DNA from: the human T2T-CHM13v2.0 reference genome, Homo sapiens
Reading direction: 5' to 3' (one strand)
Length of the DNA: 64,000 nt
Assembly (NCBI RefSeq): GCF_009914755.1
Contig: NC_060926.1
Shown here: piece after piece, positions 1 to 18,584 of the stretch
Layout of the letters: the number at the start of each line of letters is the position of its first letter
Numbering within the stretch: position 1 is the stretch's first letter
Made by a program: the position numbers and the translations under genes
Notes under the pieces: model-generated
What the model was told of the DNA's origin: nothing
Seen by the model: the letters and a program-made list of their open reading frames with translations, nothing else
Databases searched by the model: none

Positions 1-2
1 TG

Positions 3-38
<36 letters not shown>
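1..38 (+). mobile_element. 3' end and poly(A) tail of an Alu cut by the window edge
   Basis: tgtctt followed by a ~30 nt A tract. Confidence 0.7.
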
Positions 39-39
<1 letters not shown>

Positions 40-598
40 TTAAGATGGTAAATTTTATGTTCTGTGTTTTTTCCCACAATAAAAAAAGTTTAGAAAAGTG
101 ATTTGCATTGCTATTTCATTCGCTAAGAACTTCCTAAATGTCTAAATTCATTGGAATAAAGAGTTGTGTAAACTTTCAAAAAATGATTTCTAGGGTTGCT
201 GATTTGTATTTTAAAATTGAAATTCATCTTAGTGTGGGGACTCAAATACACTCAACTCTGATGTATATTTTTTTACCTGAGAGAGACTAAATCAGAGAAA
301 CTGTGGCATTTCAGCTGTTTAAAATGGTAAAAATATAGGCTTCTATGTCCTTTTTTCCCAGAATTTAAAACACATTTCCCCTTTCTTTATTTCTTCCAAA
401 AAATTCTTATGGAAACAATGCATGCTCATTACAAAAAATAAAACCAAACAACAAGAACTGTCTGGAATAACAAGAAATTTTCCTGTGGTTCTTTCTACCA
501 CCTCCTCCCTATCCCACCACTAATTCATATGTTAGGGGTAACTATTGATATTCAGTTCCTGTTCAGCTATCTGCAGTTCTTTCCATTCAGGAAATTTT

Positions 599-602
<4 letters not shown>

Positions 603-629
<27 letters not shown>

Positions 630-913
630 GAGGCAGCGTCTTACTCTGTCACCCAGGTGGGAGTGGAGTGGTGTGATCATAGCTCACTACCGCCTTGAAC
701 TCCTGGGCTCAAGCGATCCTCCTGCCTCAGCCTCCTGATTAGTTAGGATGACAGGTGCATACCACCATGCCTTGATACTTTTTAAGATTTTTTGTGGAGA
801 TGGGGGTCTCACTGTGTTGCCCAGACTGGTCTCAAACTCCTGGCCTTAAGCAATCCTCCTGCCTCAGCTTCTCAAGGTGCTAGGATTACAGGTGTGAGCC
901 ACTACACTTAGCT
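603..913 (-). mobile_element. Alu (AluJ-like)
   Basis: poly-T followed by reverse-complement Alu. Confidence 0.92.
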
Positions 914-979
914 AGGAAATTACATTCCAATATTTCAACATCAGATTTACCTGATAAAGGCTTAAGAACAGTGGTTTTG

Positions 980-1263
980 GTTTTGGTTTTTGTTTGAGAA
1001 CAAGTCTTGCTCTGTCGCCCAGGCTGTAGTGCAGTGGCATGATCTCGGCTCACTGCAACCTCCCCTTCCCAGGTTCAAGCAATTCTTGTGCCTCAGCCTC
1101 CCAAGTAACTGAGATTACAGGTGTATGCCACCATGTTTGGTTTTAGTAGAGAAAGGGTTTTGCCATGTTGCCCAGGTTGGTCTCAAACTCCTGGGCTCAA
1201 GCGATCCACTGCCTCAGCCTCCCAAAGTCCTGGGATTACAGATGGGAACCACCATGCCCCACC
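980..1263 (-). mobile_element. Alu with (GTTTT)n tail and 15-bp TSD
   Basis: TSD agaacagtggttttg at 965-979 and 1264-1278. Confidence 0.92.
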
Positions 1264-1649
1264 AGAACAGTGGTTTTGATACCATGCTGGTAATAGGGTT
1301 ATGAATAGTCAGAGAATATCTTCCTATGTACTGCTTACTGAATTGGTTGGTAAGCAGTTGCCTGTACTTAGTTCTGCCCAGCCTGAGCAAAGCATGCATG
1401 GAGATTTCAAGGAAATAAAAGCTATGGTTCTTGCTCTCAAAGAGCTTGCAGTCTAGTTGGGGAACTAGCACACATGAGGAAATAATGAACCATGTAAAAA
1501 AGTGTATAAATAAACCTGTAAATGCCATAATCTGTAAAGTAGACTATACAGTTAGTAATCATGTATTAATCGAATTGCTTTTTAAATGGAGATTATGCTC
1601 ATTTGTATTCATAAGAAAAAGACCAATGTGCTAATTAGAAGTTTTTTAA

Positions 1650-1793
<144 letters not shown>

Positions 1794-2271
1794 TAAAACA
1801 TGTGCTTCTCTTCATGATGGATCAAGGAAATTGTTAATTCAAGCTCCAGATTCCATTCTTAACATTTTACACAGGCTCTCCCTTTATAGAAAGTTTTACA
1901 AGTTCACGTTAACATATCATAAAAAAGAAGGAATGGAAAGGTCTGCAGAAGACACTTATCAGAATGTTAGAGGTCTGAGTCAGTTTTTACTGTGTCCCAT
2001 GTGATTCCCCCACCTCCCCATGGCCATGAATTGTTTAAAGGAGACATATTATTAATAATGTAATGAAAACTCCTAATTTAGGCAGATCTTTGTATCAGTG
2101 CCAGGGTACCCCTTCCTTGCTTGAAGTATTAATTAAAAGAAGGATTGCAGGTATTGACAACCTTATATTTTCAGGCATCTTTTATAATTGCTTATTAGAA
2201 TTCAGGGTTTAACAACATGATTTTGATAACAGCAAAATACATTCCCAAATTCCTTTTAAAAATCATATGCT

Positions 2272-2577
<306 letters not shown>

Positions 2578-2623
2578 TTCTATGCTATGACTTCTTCCTG
2601 TAAAACTTTCTGTTATCTAAAAA

Positions 2624-2956
<333 letters not shown>

Positions 2957-3559
2957 TAATTGGGAATTTTATCTCCATTACAGGATTATTTTTTAAATCC
3001 AAGAACTTGCTTCAGACCCTAGTGAAAAGAACTTTAGCCTATGACTGATATGTTTATATTCCTAATTCTCTTCTTAATTCTCTGTGATTTCAGACAAATT
3101 ATATAGTTTTTTTTTTTTCAGCTTTTTATTGTCTGTGAGAGGGAGATCACTTTATTGTTGGAATGAAGTGAGATAATTGGCCAAAATGAGGTTTCTTTCT
3201 TGGCATTTGTGAAATAGACTTATTTCAGCTAAAGTTGTTACACTGCTAACTGGCAGAAAATATACCTTAAAATTTGTCAATTAATCTGATGTTAAAGTGG
3301 AGAACAACATTTACTTGGAATATGTCTATGATTTTTAGTGGATTTTGAAGACATTCTGTGTGTAGGTAGTGGTTACAGAGAGATCTAATTCCACCAAATG
3401 ACATCTGTATGTTATAAAAAGCCCTTAATGCAGCATGGTGTGTCTGTTGGCTTTCAAACTGTGTTCCATGGAACCTCTGGATACTTCCAATCCCCTCGGC
3501 TTCAACTGGAGCTGCTCAGCCTTCCTTGGTTTCATATTTTGAGCTTCCACTGGTCTTCT

Positions 3560-4075
3560 TGCTCTCAACTTGCCCCGCTACAGCCAGAATCAGGTTATGA
3601 CACACTTTTGCTGGAAACACTGCAGTGGCTCCTCACAACGGCTATAAGGTGTTCCAGGATTCGGTCACGTACTTGACCTCATCTCCTTTCTTCTGTGTAC
3701 TCAGCTCCAGTCTCACTGGCCCTCTTGCTGTTCTGAGACATGCCAGGCATGCTTGCATTTCAGGACCTTGGCACTGCTGTTTCCTCCAGCTGGTATTCTT
3801 CCCCTAGATGTCCGTATAGCTGACTCCCTCACCTCCATCAGCAAACGCTGCTTTCTCAATGAGGTCCACCCTGACCACACCACTCAAATTGCAGCCCTTT
3901 GTCTTTCTTCTGTTGCCAGCTCTTTTTATTCCCTTTAGTCTGCTCTACGTTTTATTGTCCCATACCACCTACTGCCTGTTTGTCAGTGGTCTCCTTCCGC
4001 TAGAATTTGTTCCACGAGAGCCAATATTTTTGTTGTTTGCTCTATCCCTAGCATCTAGGACAGTGCCTGGCACAC
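3560..4075 (+). mobile_element. L2 3' fragment (a MIR-like fragment follows to ~4220)
   Basis: L2-like motifs ccttggcactgctgtttcctccagctgg and cagtgcctggcaca. Confidence 0.6.
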
Positions 4076-4942
4076 TGGCCCTGGTCCTGGGAGCCCGAGA
4101 CTTGTGTTCCAACATTGCCCCTGCCTAACTCTTTGACTTTGGACAAATCCTTTAATCTCTGGGCCTTAGTCTCCTTGGGCCTTAGCCATGACAATCACTG
4201 AGGTCCCTATAGGTCTACATTTTTGTTTATTCTATGAAAAATGAAGATATTATAGCAACTGTTACTTGTCTGAGTCAAATAAAAAGCAGTGTCACAAGAG
4301 TGGCATTGTTCTAATATGTCCCTTAAATGTTAATACATATTTTTAAAAATTGCTGGATACTTTTATAAATAATTACCTAAGTCCTTGATTTTATTTAATA
4401 TATTCTAAATCTCCAATTGTAGTGACTCATGAAATGTGGCTTGCAACTCCCAGGTAGTTTTCTGTAAAGGCAAATGAATCATTGTATAAATGTTCCATTG
4501 AATTTTATGTTATAGCTGCTGGCAAGTGAAAGAAATAGTTTGTTTATATCTTTCAATCTTATTGTTTCTCTTTTATGAAAGATTGTTAAAATCTGTAAAC
4601 TGCTTAGTAGCTTATGGAACTTGAATGAAAAAATACTACTGAATTGTGTTTTTTTAAAATGTGAGGTTACTTTAAAAGTGATTACAGAAGTTAAGAAATT
4701 TAAAATGTGATTGTGAAAATCTTGATAAATTAAGGTTCAACATTTGTTTGCCTATATGTCAATGTGTAAATACACATATTTTTAATTCTTAATAAAATAT
4801 ACATGAGTAGACTCTTGCATATATTTTATATATGTAAAATAGCTGTGTGATTGTAATCATACCAAAATATTATTCCTGTTCCTTTCACTTCCTTAGAGAT
4901 TTACATGACAGTCCCTACCTCTTAGTTCTGTTTTCTGCTTTA

Positions 4943-5239
<297 letters not shown>

Positions 5240-5266
5240 CTAGGGAGGCTTATGATTTAGGAATAA

Positions 5267-5509
<243 letters not shown>

Positions 5510-5581
5510 TAAAAAGCAGTCAGTCAGATTGAGCCTCCAAAAGGAAACTGAAAATGCTTTTGTCTATCTTTTAAAAATTAG

Positions 5582-5737
<156 letters not shown>

Positions 5738-5757
5738 TAAATCAGACGCCTGATTGA

Positions 5758-6006
<249 letters not shown>

Positions 6007-6972
6007 TAATGGAAAGGAGATAGGATAATTCAGTGTTTCTTTATTCACTTTGGGGGGTTAGTTTGATGCCTTGGAAGTATGTGAAACTCCACGAATTTTT
6101 GGTTAAAACTATAATGTAAGTTAGGTGTGTGTTGAGTAACTCCCACCACACTTTACCTTTCTTCCTTTATACTCTTCTTTCCTCATATTTAATCTCCTAG
6201 GTATTTTCAGCTGTCCAACTGTGAAGCTATTTTAAGGAAGGGTTATCTGGTAAATGAATTCTCAATAAGATGTTAGTTATATAATGTACTGTGAAATTCA
6301 GGAATGTTTGTATTTTAATATAGAATCTGAAAATGACAGTTCTTATATGAACTTCAGATGCCATAACACCAAAGTGGGAAATATATTGGTGAGCAGAGGG
6401 AGTGTGCTGCCAAGCAAGTCACACTGTAGGGGCAGCTGCTGCCCATTTTACTCACACATAAGGCCAGTCTTGCCAGAAATCTGTTAAATTTAAAACACAG
6501 GCTGTTGAGATATTCTAGTATATGTAATTTAAAGTCAGACACTTTATTTCTGAAATGTCTTCAATAACCATTATTTTCTTATATTGCTCCTTTGGAGGGT
6601 GGAGGACAACTTTGCCAGAAAGGTACATTATCAATGTTTCCAGTGATTTGTACCTGAAAACCTCTCAAAAATTTAGAAAGGAGAATCAAGGAAAGCTTTG
6701 TCTTTGGGCATGGCAGTTAAGAATCATTTGTAAGTTTCTGAAATTTGGAAAATTTGCAGTGTGGCTAATTTGAGACTGGAAAATTCTGAGTTCATAATAT
6801 CTAATCACATGTTCGTTCCAATAATTTATCTTCTTATATGCAAGATCTTCTTATTTTATTTATAGTTGATTTTGTCATTTGTATTAAGAAACCTCTTCTT
6901 TAGTTGCTAAAACTATGCTATTTTATTATAGTCTTTAATCATTCTGCTCCTCATTTCAATAAGTAGGAACCT

Positions 6973-7297
<325 letters not shown>

Positions 7298-7588
7298 TTA
7301 AGCGAGAAAGGGAAAATGTGACAAATAAACAAGATATAAAATCATAACCCCAAAATTAGGTAAACTGGAGTAACAAAGTTATTTCCACAAAAATTTAATT
7401 GCTGTAATTCTCACAAAGTGGTTAAAATATTCTAACTGATATGGAGTCATTTATTTAGAAACTGGGACTTGAGATTTAGCATGTTTGCTTCTGTGTTAAG
7501 TAATGACGTTTGAATAATGAACAAGGAAATGCTAACAATCCTAAATCTTCACAGTTTTCTTTCCTATACCTTTCTCGTTGCATTCTAG

Positions 7589-7765
<177 letters not shown>

Positions 7766-8029
7766 TAGCAATGTCCCAGGCAGCTATGGGCATGAGCCCA
7801 TGATCGCTGAAAATGGGATGTCAGAGCATATACATATATTGAATATTGATATGATCTTGGGGATAGGAAAGGGTGTTTTTAAGTATGATGCCCAAGGCAA
7901 AAACTATAAAGATGAAAAGAAGACAAATTTGACTATAATATGTAAAAATGTAAAGGCTCTATTAAAAATTCTACGAGCAGAATTTTTAAAAGAAGGATTG
8001 AAAAACTTTGAAGAGGTATTTGAAACATG

Positions 8030-8463
8030 TGAAAACTGGTTAATATCATTAATATTTAACACGTTTTTTTCTAATCAGTAAGCAAACAATGAACACCAAT
8101 TGGGGGAAAAGGAACAAAAGACTCAATGGGCAGGAAAGAGAGATCATCGAGGTTAGAAGGAATACAAATGATCAATAAGCATATGGAAAAACATTTTACT
8201 GTCACTCAATTTTTTTAAAAGCACAGATTGAAATAAGAGGTGGCACTTTTTAAAATCTGGTGAAAAGTAAGACGTTTTTACAAATTTTGAAACCTAGTAT
8301 TGACACAGATTAAAAAATCTGCTAGTTTCTGCAATTACATAGGCAGTAGAAAAAAAAAGAAATCTGCTAGTGAGAGCATTACTCTAAAAGGCAGTTTGGC
8401 AATATCTTGGCTGAAGTGTTAACTTAGCCAATAATTTTGAGTGAACAAATCAATATCAAATCA

Positions 8464-8494
<31 letters not shown>

Positions 8495-9060
8495 TATATA
8501 CCTCCTTTGATCCAGCAATCTCAGTTTTAAAAATTTATCCTTAGGAAGTGGTCTTAATTTGCAAAAGATTTAATTATGAGATGTTCCTCACAGCATGTTT
8601 TTTTTCCTATTTTAAAAAATGAGGTATGATTAATATATCTGAAATGCACAGATCTTAAGTGTAGAGTTTGACTAGTTTTGAAAGCTATTTACTTTTGACT
8701 CTATCAAGATGCAGAACATTTCCATTACCCCAGAAAGATTCCTTGCACAGCATGGTTCATAATAAATAAAAATTGGGATCAAATTAGATGTAGGGTAAGG
8801 TATAGCTTTAAAAAATGTTTGTACAACCATATAATGCTTTACTATGCAGCCTTTTAAATGTTGTAAAAGAATATCTAATGCTATAGAAATATGATGTATT
8901 GTTAGGTAATAAGTAGAGTGCAGTATTACATTATTATACCTTATTTGTTGTAAGTATTTATAGAAAAATGTCTGGGAAATATACCAAAGTATATTGGTTA
9001 TCTCTGTGATTTTATTTATTTTTGCTTAATTCTGTTTTTTTTTTTTTTTTACAATGAGTA
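8030..9060 (+). mobile_element. Old L1 (L1M-type) 3' fragments with embedded (CA)n at 8464-8491
   Basis: Degenerate L1 3' motifs ggcagtttggcaatatct, tttgatccagcaatc, tactatgcagcc. Confidence 0.55.
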
Positions 9061-10039
9061 AGTATTGACTTAATATTATTTTTAAGTTTTAAAAAGTCCT
9101 ATTGGTCACTTTTTGAAAAATACAACAAAATATGTATACACACATAATCACTCCTCATTCATGTACTCTGATTATGTAAGAGGTGGAAAATTAGATGGAA
9201 AGTAACTATGCTACTGTGTAGTTTATACTTATTATTAATGTGGGAATGTAGGTGGGTGTTATTCCATAATATTTAAAAAGACTGACCAACTATAGCAAAG
9301 GTAAAACTTAATTCACTATTGCATTAAACAAAGAAATATACTATGTACTATGTTTTTTCTAAAATACGACTGTGAAAATGTTTTCTTAGTTACTGATGGG
9401 TTAGGGAACAAAATATTTGCACAATACTTTTCCAGTGAACACACTGCTACTTTAAATCACATTCTTACTATAATTCATAATAATGAGCTATGCTCTTGTT
9501 TCAAGGACCTCATATGCATATCAAACCCTGAGAGTTTAAGATGATCCCATGGCTAAGGGTTTATTACTTCCCCCACAATTAGGATTTTGTTTGCTTGCTT
9601 GTTTTTACTTTATCAGCAAGGCATGTCAGTTTCTGCTCCTATAACATTTCTGCGATTCTCCACTTCCCATTTCACAATTGCATTTTAAATGAGTATGAGT
9701 CGATGGGATTCTCAGATGACTAAATCATTAGGGTTTATAGCCAGGATGCTTATTAAGTTTCCTTCCTTCCATTTGTGCTTGTCCACCCCCATATTTTCAC
9801 CCTTAGAACCTTATGAGAGAACAGCTTCCCTCAGTTATTCTGAGTGACTTGTTCTGAGCTCACATTCAGGCTGCAATATGAGATACTGTCAAATTGCATT
9901 TGAATACCTTGGAGGGGAGGAAGTTTTCTCAGGTTGTCACATTGTTTTTATTAAGTACAGAATAATATAGGTAGATGCTAAGAACTTGACTAATTTGATT
10001 CTAGACAGTCACTCTTGCAATTTTTATTTTAATGCTTAG

Positions 10040-11400
<1,361 letters not shown>

Positions 11401-12360
11401 AGGTACGTTGCCTTCAGTGGGTTGAAGGGTAAATGGGAGATTAATAAGTGAAGTATTTGAGTTTCAAGGACTATCTATACCTTTCAGTATGTTAGAATCA
11501 AGCTGGAGGGAACCTGGAGTCAGGAGAGGCATTTTTTAGGGTGGAAAAGATGTACCTTGAGTTCACAAACTAAGGGGAAGGCCCCTGGAAGAAGGGAGGA
11601 GGGGGATTAAAGACAAAGTCCAGAAGAAGTGGGTGGCTGGACATAGTGGGAAGGCACACTGGAAGGGCTGAAACTGGAGGAAAAGTGAGGAAGGGTGCAG
11701 AAAAGTATCTTAAGTTTGTAGGACATTGAGTGATATCATGTCTAATATCCTCAGTTTTCTTAATGAACATTATTCCGTACGACAATGTTATTTACTAAGA
11801 GTGGGGAAAAGGGTGGAGAATAATCATTCAGGAAAGTAGGATGTACCCAAGGATAAATAGAAGGCTTGGTAAGTATTATTGAAGGCCCACCAGACTTTCT
11901 GATTTGAGTTTTTATCGAATATTTTTCTCTAACATCTTCAGATGCCCAGAAAAAGGAGCAGAGAATTTACATTGTAGTGAAGTGAGGATAGTGGTTTTTT
12001 CTAACAGTTTATTATATAAATTTTCAAATATGCAAAAAAGCAGAATAATTTTACAGTGTACAACCATATGCCCATCACCTTGTTTCTACAATCAACATTT
12101 TACTTGCTTTACCACGTATCTTTCAAGATGATATTTGAAATTAATGTTTTATTATGGGCATTGCCAATGTATGTGAAAATAGAGGGAATAATATAATGAG
12201 CCCTCATATATTCATCATCTAGTTTCAACAGTTATTAATTATGGCTAATATTATTTCCTATAACCATCTGTCTCTTGTCACATTCTTCACTAGATTATTT
12301 AAAAGCAAATGGAATTTTGTTGAGTGGATTTGTTAGAAGCAAAGGAATACAGCATAATCA

Positions 12361-12816
<456 letters not shown>

Positions 12817-13039
12817 CCCAAGAATAGGAGTGTGGTAAGTGAGAGGGGGAGGGAAGTGGGAGGAATTGGGAGGAAGTTGTGATCAGAGAATAGAAAGTAA
12901 ATTGCAGAAGTGGAGCAGTTCCCAGTGAAGGAAAAAGGATTAGGGTATGGCTGAGGGGATGGGTGGCAAAAGTGGAGGGACAGCAAAGGTTACTGGAAGT
13001 GAAGAGAGCAAGGATGTGGAGACAGTGTGGCCAAGAGGC

Positions 13040-13285
13040 AAGGGCAAGGATGGGAACAAGACTGCCTGGGCACAAGTCCTGGCTCTGCCACTTACCACCT
13101 GTGTGACCTTGAAGAAGTTACTTACAGGCTCTGTGCCTTAGCATCCTCACCTATAAAATGGGGATAATAATAGAGCCAACCTCACAGGGTATTGGGAGGA
13201 TTAAGTGAATTATTTAAACATATAAATTGTGTTAGAACAGTGCCTGGCACATCATAAACACACCAAAAAATGCTAGCTATTATCA
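13040..13285 (+). mobile_element. MIR
   Basis: MIR core ggctctgccacttacc...cctcacctataaaatggggataataatag. Confidence 0.85.
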
Positions 13286-13625
13286 TCCAAGAGTTTCACC
13301 TTGATAGTGAAGTCAGCAAGGCTGGTGGCAGGATTTGTGGTGGAGAATGCTACAGGGATGGGCTTATGGGGAAGGAGAGAATACCATAGGGGCTTATGGT
13401 TTGTGCAGTGGCAAGGGCTAATTGGGATATGATATACTGTTTGTCTTCAAGATTTCAAACAAAACCAATAGAAACTACCTTTGTTATGGAAGCATGGTAA
13501 AAAATTATTCTTTTAATTAGTTCACCTTGAGATTTGAGGTTGCCTTTAAATTTTCGTGAGGATTCTTCCAGTATAATTTGTTTTCTAGTTTTTTAAAGAG
13601 TAAGTCAGAGATTTAAGAAATTCTA

Positions 13626-13922
<297 letters not shown>

Positions 13923-14815
13923 CTAATACAAGATTTATGTATAAAGATAGATTGTTAAAACACAGCTTTTACAGTGAATTGGCAAAGGTCTTCATTAATT
14001 TGCATTTCTTCGAAGGCATACATTGTTCTCTTTTAAAGATAAATCATTTCAGAAGTACACTGTCTATAGCCAGATGCATTATACTTCAGTTTTTATGAGA
14101 CTTCTTTCTGAAGATTGTTTGAAGAAGAAAAGAAAAAAACACCCCACACAGCGCTATTTAAAGCTTCCAGGATATTTGTCTGTAAATATGTTTCTAAATT
14201 TAATTAAATTGAAACATGTCTCAAATGAGACATTTTTTGTTTTCTCTCAAACAGCATTCTAAATCCATCAAACCGTTAGGTGGTGGAGTTACTCATTTGC
14301 TTAAACCACAGCTTTGAAAGCCCAAAGGCTGACTGGGTTTATGAGTTTAAAAGAAAATGTGTTTTACTTTTTATTCATAGTGAGGACGGAAGCATTTATT
14401 GAGTAACTACTGTCATCCTTTATTTACATTTTCTCATTTGGTTCTCACAACAGCCCAGTTGTGAGCCTCTGCACTCTTGATGAAAATATTTAACATACTG
14501 CTGATTTAATTGTCTGTCTTCTTCACAAGGCTGTGAGTTCCCGAGAAAGAGACTGTATCTTGTTCAAATCTGTTACTCCAGGGCCTATATCACTTACTGA
14601 CTATTCAAAGTTAAGAGCTAGATTCAAATTCTGTCCCAGTCACTTAACTTAGTACCTGATATACAGGAGGTACTCAATTTACAGTAATAGCTTTTAACAT
14701 TATTTTATTACTTTGTATGATTACTTCTAAGAAGGCATCAAATGTTTTTGAATGAATGAATCTTTTACATTTGGGAAATTACTAGAATTCTTCAGGTTTT
14801 CATCTTCTCACTTCT

Positions 14816-15105
14816 TTTTTGTTTTTGAGACGGAGCCTGCTCTGTCGCCCAGGCTGGAGTACAGTGGTGTGATCTCTGCTCACTGCAAACTCCGTGTCCC
14901 GGTTTCAAGCAATTCTCCTGTCTCAGCCTCCTGAGTAGCTGGAACTACAGATGTCCACCACCACGCCTGGCTAATTTTTGTATTTTTAGTAGAGACAAGG
15001 TTTCCCCATATTGGTCAGGCTGGTCTTGAACTCCTGACCTCAGGTGATCCACCGCCTCGGCCTCCAAAGTCCTGGGATTACAGGCGTGAGCCACCGCGCA
15101 CAGCC
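14816..15105 (-). mobile_element. Alu with TSD ttcatcttctcacttct
   Basis: Reverse-complement Alu; identical TSD on both sides. Confidence 0.94.
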
Positions 15106-15126
15106 TTCATCTTCTCACTTCTAATG

Positions 15127-15421
15127 TTAGAGTGTTAACCTAGAGAGCCACAGGGCTATTGGAAATCTGTGAAATGTGGAAACTATGAAATATACTGGTG
15201 AAATTGTACTTTCTCTTTTTTTATGTTAATGCATTCATGGGGTACAAGTGCAATTCTGTTACATGCATTGACATTAGAGTGTTAACCTAGAGAGCCACAT
15301 GGCTATTGGAAATCTGTGAAATGTGGAAACTATGAAATATACTTACTGGTGAAACTGCACTTTCTCTTCTTTATGTTAATGCATTCATGGGGTACAAGTG
15401 GAATTCTATTACATGCATTGA
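15127..15421 (+). repeat. ~147-bp tandem duplication
   Basis: ttagagtgttaacctagagagccaca...ttacatgcattga at 15127 and again at 15274. Confidence 0.93.
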
Positions 15422-15648
15422 TTGCATAGTGATTCTGTCAGAGCTTTTAGGATACCCATCACTCGTAATAACATACATTGTACCCCATTACATAATTTCC
15501 CATAATCCACCCCTCCACTCCCTTCTTTATCCATCTGTGAAACCTCGGTCCTAGGCATAGTGTTTGATGCATAGTAAACATTCGTTGTATGTTGAATGGT
15601 GAGCACCAAAGCAAAACTTGCCATTCTACTACTGTTAACAGGTAAATC

Positions 15649-15872
15649 TTTTTTTTTTTTTTACAACTTTTATTTTAGATATAGGGGGTGCACGTGCAGG
15701 TTTGTTACATGTGAATATTGCATGATGCTGAGGTTTGGAGTACAGATCCCATCACCCAGGTAGTGAGCATAGTACCCGATAGGTAGCTTTTTAACCCAGC
15801 CACCCCGGTGCCCTCTACCCTGCTAGTCCACAGTGTCTATTGTTTCCCTATTTATGTCCATGTGTGCTCAAT
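15649..15872 (-). mobile_element. L1PA-type 3' end
   Basis: poly-T then caacttttattttagat...gtgcaggtttgttacat...cccatcacccaggtagtgagcatagtaccc. Confidence 0.85.
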
Positions 15873-16014
15873 GTGTGACAGGTACATCTTAAACAGCACT
15901 GGACAATCTATTTGGAATATCACTTATATCTGGGCAAACTGGATGCCTATAGAAACTCAAATAGGGTGTATAAGCTATAATTTAAGGTGTCAGAGTTCTG
16001 GGCTAAACTTGTAA

Positions 16015-16131
<117 letters not shown>

Positions 16132-16968
16132 TAATATGCCAATTGAAGTAACTTTTTGTGTGTTAGGGCTTGAACTTTTCCTTTTCTCTCTTCTCTTACT
16201 TTGTAAAACTTCAGAATCTTTATGAGGTTGAAATTTGGTATAATTTGGTGCAACTGAGAAAATCACACAAAGGTCTATCACCTACACCTACAAGGGTCTT
16301 GATTCTTAATTACAAGCCTTAGCAACTTTTAATTAATGCATCTTCTAAGACCTAGAACAGTCTTCTTCTATTCCCTCCCCACAACCATCAGTTTCTTATA
16401 TTTTCCCAGGTTCTTACAGACCAGATAAGGTTGATAGAAGGAAGCAGCAAGTTAGGAAAGAAAACCTAAAAAGGAAAAGGAATCTATTTCTGTCCCAAGC
16501 CCTCAAATTCCCGAATACCGCTTATCTACCCATCCATCTGCCTGTTTATATTCTGTTTATTAATGTTTAAACTAATCCCCTCCCCAAAAGAATCTGAATT
16601 ATTTTAAATTTCAGAATAAAAAGATGGGGTGTCTGCCCAAAGGTAAAACGCATGCCCAGTCATCATTATGGGTATTCTGTGTCACCTTTGGATAACTGAA
16701 GCTATAAAAATTGAACCAACATGGGCCACGAGTACTTGTATAACATAATGATGACTGCTCCTCTGAAGAGCAGCCTGTGACTGTTACTGTGTTAATGAGA
16801 CTAAACTTCTTGGTCTAGTGACCACGTGGGACAGTTAGTATTTCTCCTTCCCTTTTGATAGCCTACACTCTCAGGTCTGACCAGCTGTATTTAAAATACA
16901 TGCCGTTATACTCAGTGTTGCTAATGGGGTAGAGATTAACGCAGTACAGCCATTAAAAACAATACTGA

Positions 16969-17277
16969 GGCCAGGCATGATGGCTCATGCCTATAATCCC
17001 AGCACTTTGGGAGGCCAAGAGGTGGGAGGATCGTTTGAGCCCAGGAGTTTGAGACCAGCCTGGACAACATAGTGGGAACCTGTCTCTACAAAAAATTTAA
17101 AAATTAGCTGAGTGTGGTAGTGTGTGCCTGTAGTCCCAACTACTAGGGAGATCAAGGTTGGAGGCTCACTTGAGCCCAGAAGGTGGAGGTTACAGTGAGC
17201 TGTGATTCGCACCATTGCATTCCAGGCTGGGTGACAGGATGAGACCCTGTCTCAAAATAAACAAACAAACAAACAAT
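16969..17277 (+). mobile_element. Alu (AluJ-like)
   Basis: Alu consensus with gagcccaggagtttgag. Confidence 0.93.
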
Positions 17278-17424
17278 CTCTGAAGTAGTGTGGGAAAATG
17301 CCGACATACAAATGCTACCCGAATATGTACAATACAAAATTGTGCTGTCAATGTAATCCTAACTCATCAGTCAGGAAAACAGAAGCCACTGTACGTGTTA
17401 CAGGTGTAAAAGATCTAATGCCAC

Positions 17425-17640
<216 letters not shown>

Positions 17641-18584
17641 TTAATATAGAATTGTGGACATACGTAAATATTAGAGAAGTTTTATAACTTACATAACTTT
17701 TAGAAAAGTTGTATGGGAGTGGTAAAAGTTAGGGAAACTGCCAATGAAGGTCAGAGAAGACAACACTGAAGATTTCTGGCCAAAGGACTGAAGGCAGCTG
17801 GTCCTCGAGGCTTCACTGGGAAGCTTCAGTGAATCTTACATGAGCCCCAACATCAGCCACCGTAGTCCCAGGAGAATAACAACTCTTCTACCCTCTCCTT
17901 CTAAACTTCAAGTAGATTCTCTCACAGGAAACTCTAACTGGGAACCATAACAGGGAAGGAGGTTCTGGCAAATACAGTTCCCAATTTCTCTGTAATTATG
18001 AGATCTTAGAGGATGGTGATTGGAAGGCCAAGTTTATAAATCTCAGTCTGACACATCTAAATAAAATAATTATCTGTGATCACAGTAATATGGATGGTTT
18101 CTTTCTTTTTAAAATCCTTTCCATACTTACCAAGTTTCTGTAATAAGCATGTGTTTTTATAAATAGAAAAATATTTTAATAAAAATGGATAGCATTGATC
18201 ACAGAAGAAACAAGTCAGAAGAATGGATACATAAACAGAAATCCATTATAACAACTGGAAAAGTATTGAGAATATATGTGAATCATTATAGGCCTACTTC
18301 ATTTTTTGCTATAAATATTTCCAAAAGAATTTGCTTTTAATCTGTATCAATGTCTTTTTTTATTAAATCAAAATATTTGAAACCACTAGGTCTGTTTGCT
18401 GCTTATCAAGGCATGGTGCATCCTTTGGTAAAATGAATAACCATCTTTAAATATTAGGGTGGATGAAACCTAGATTTTCATATGATTGTGCCTAAAGTAC
18501 ACAATTAGGTTAGTATTGTTATGTATTATCATAGTATTAATAGAATTTGTTTTCTTCATCCTATTTTTAAAAGCTTGCTTTTTA

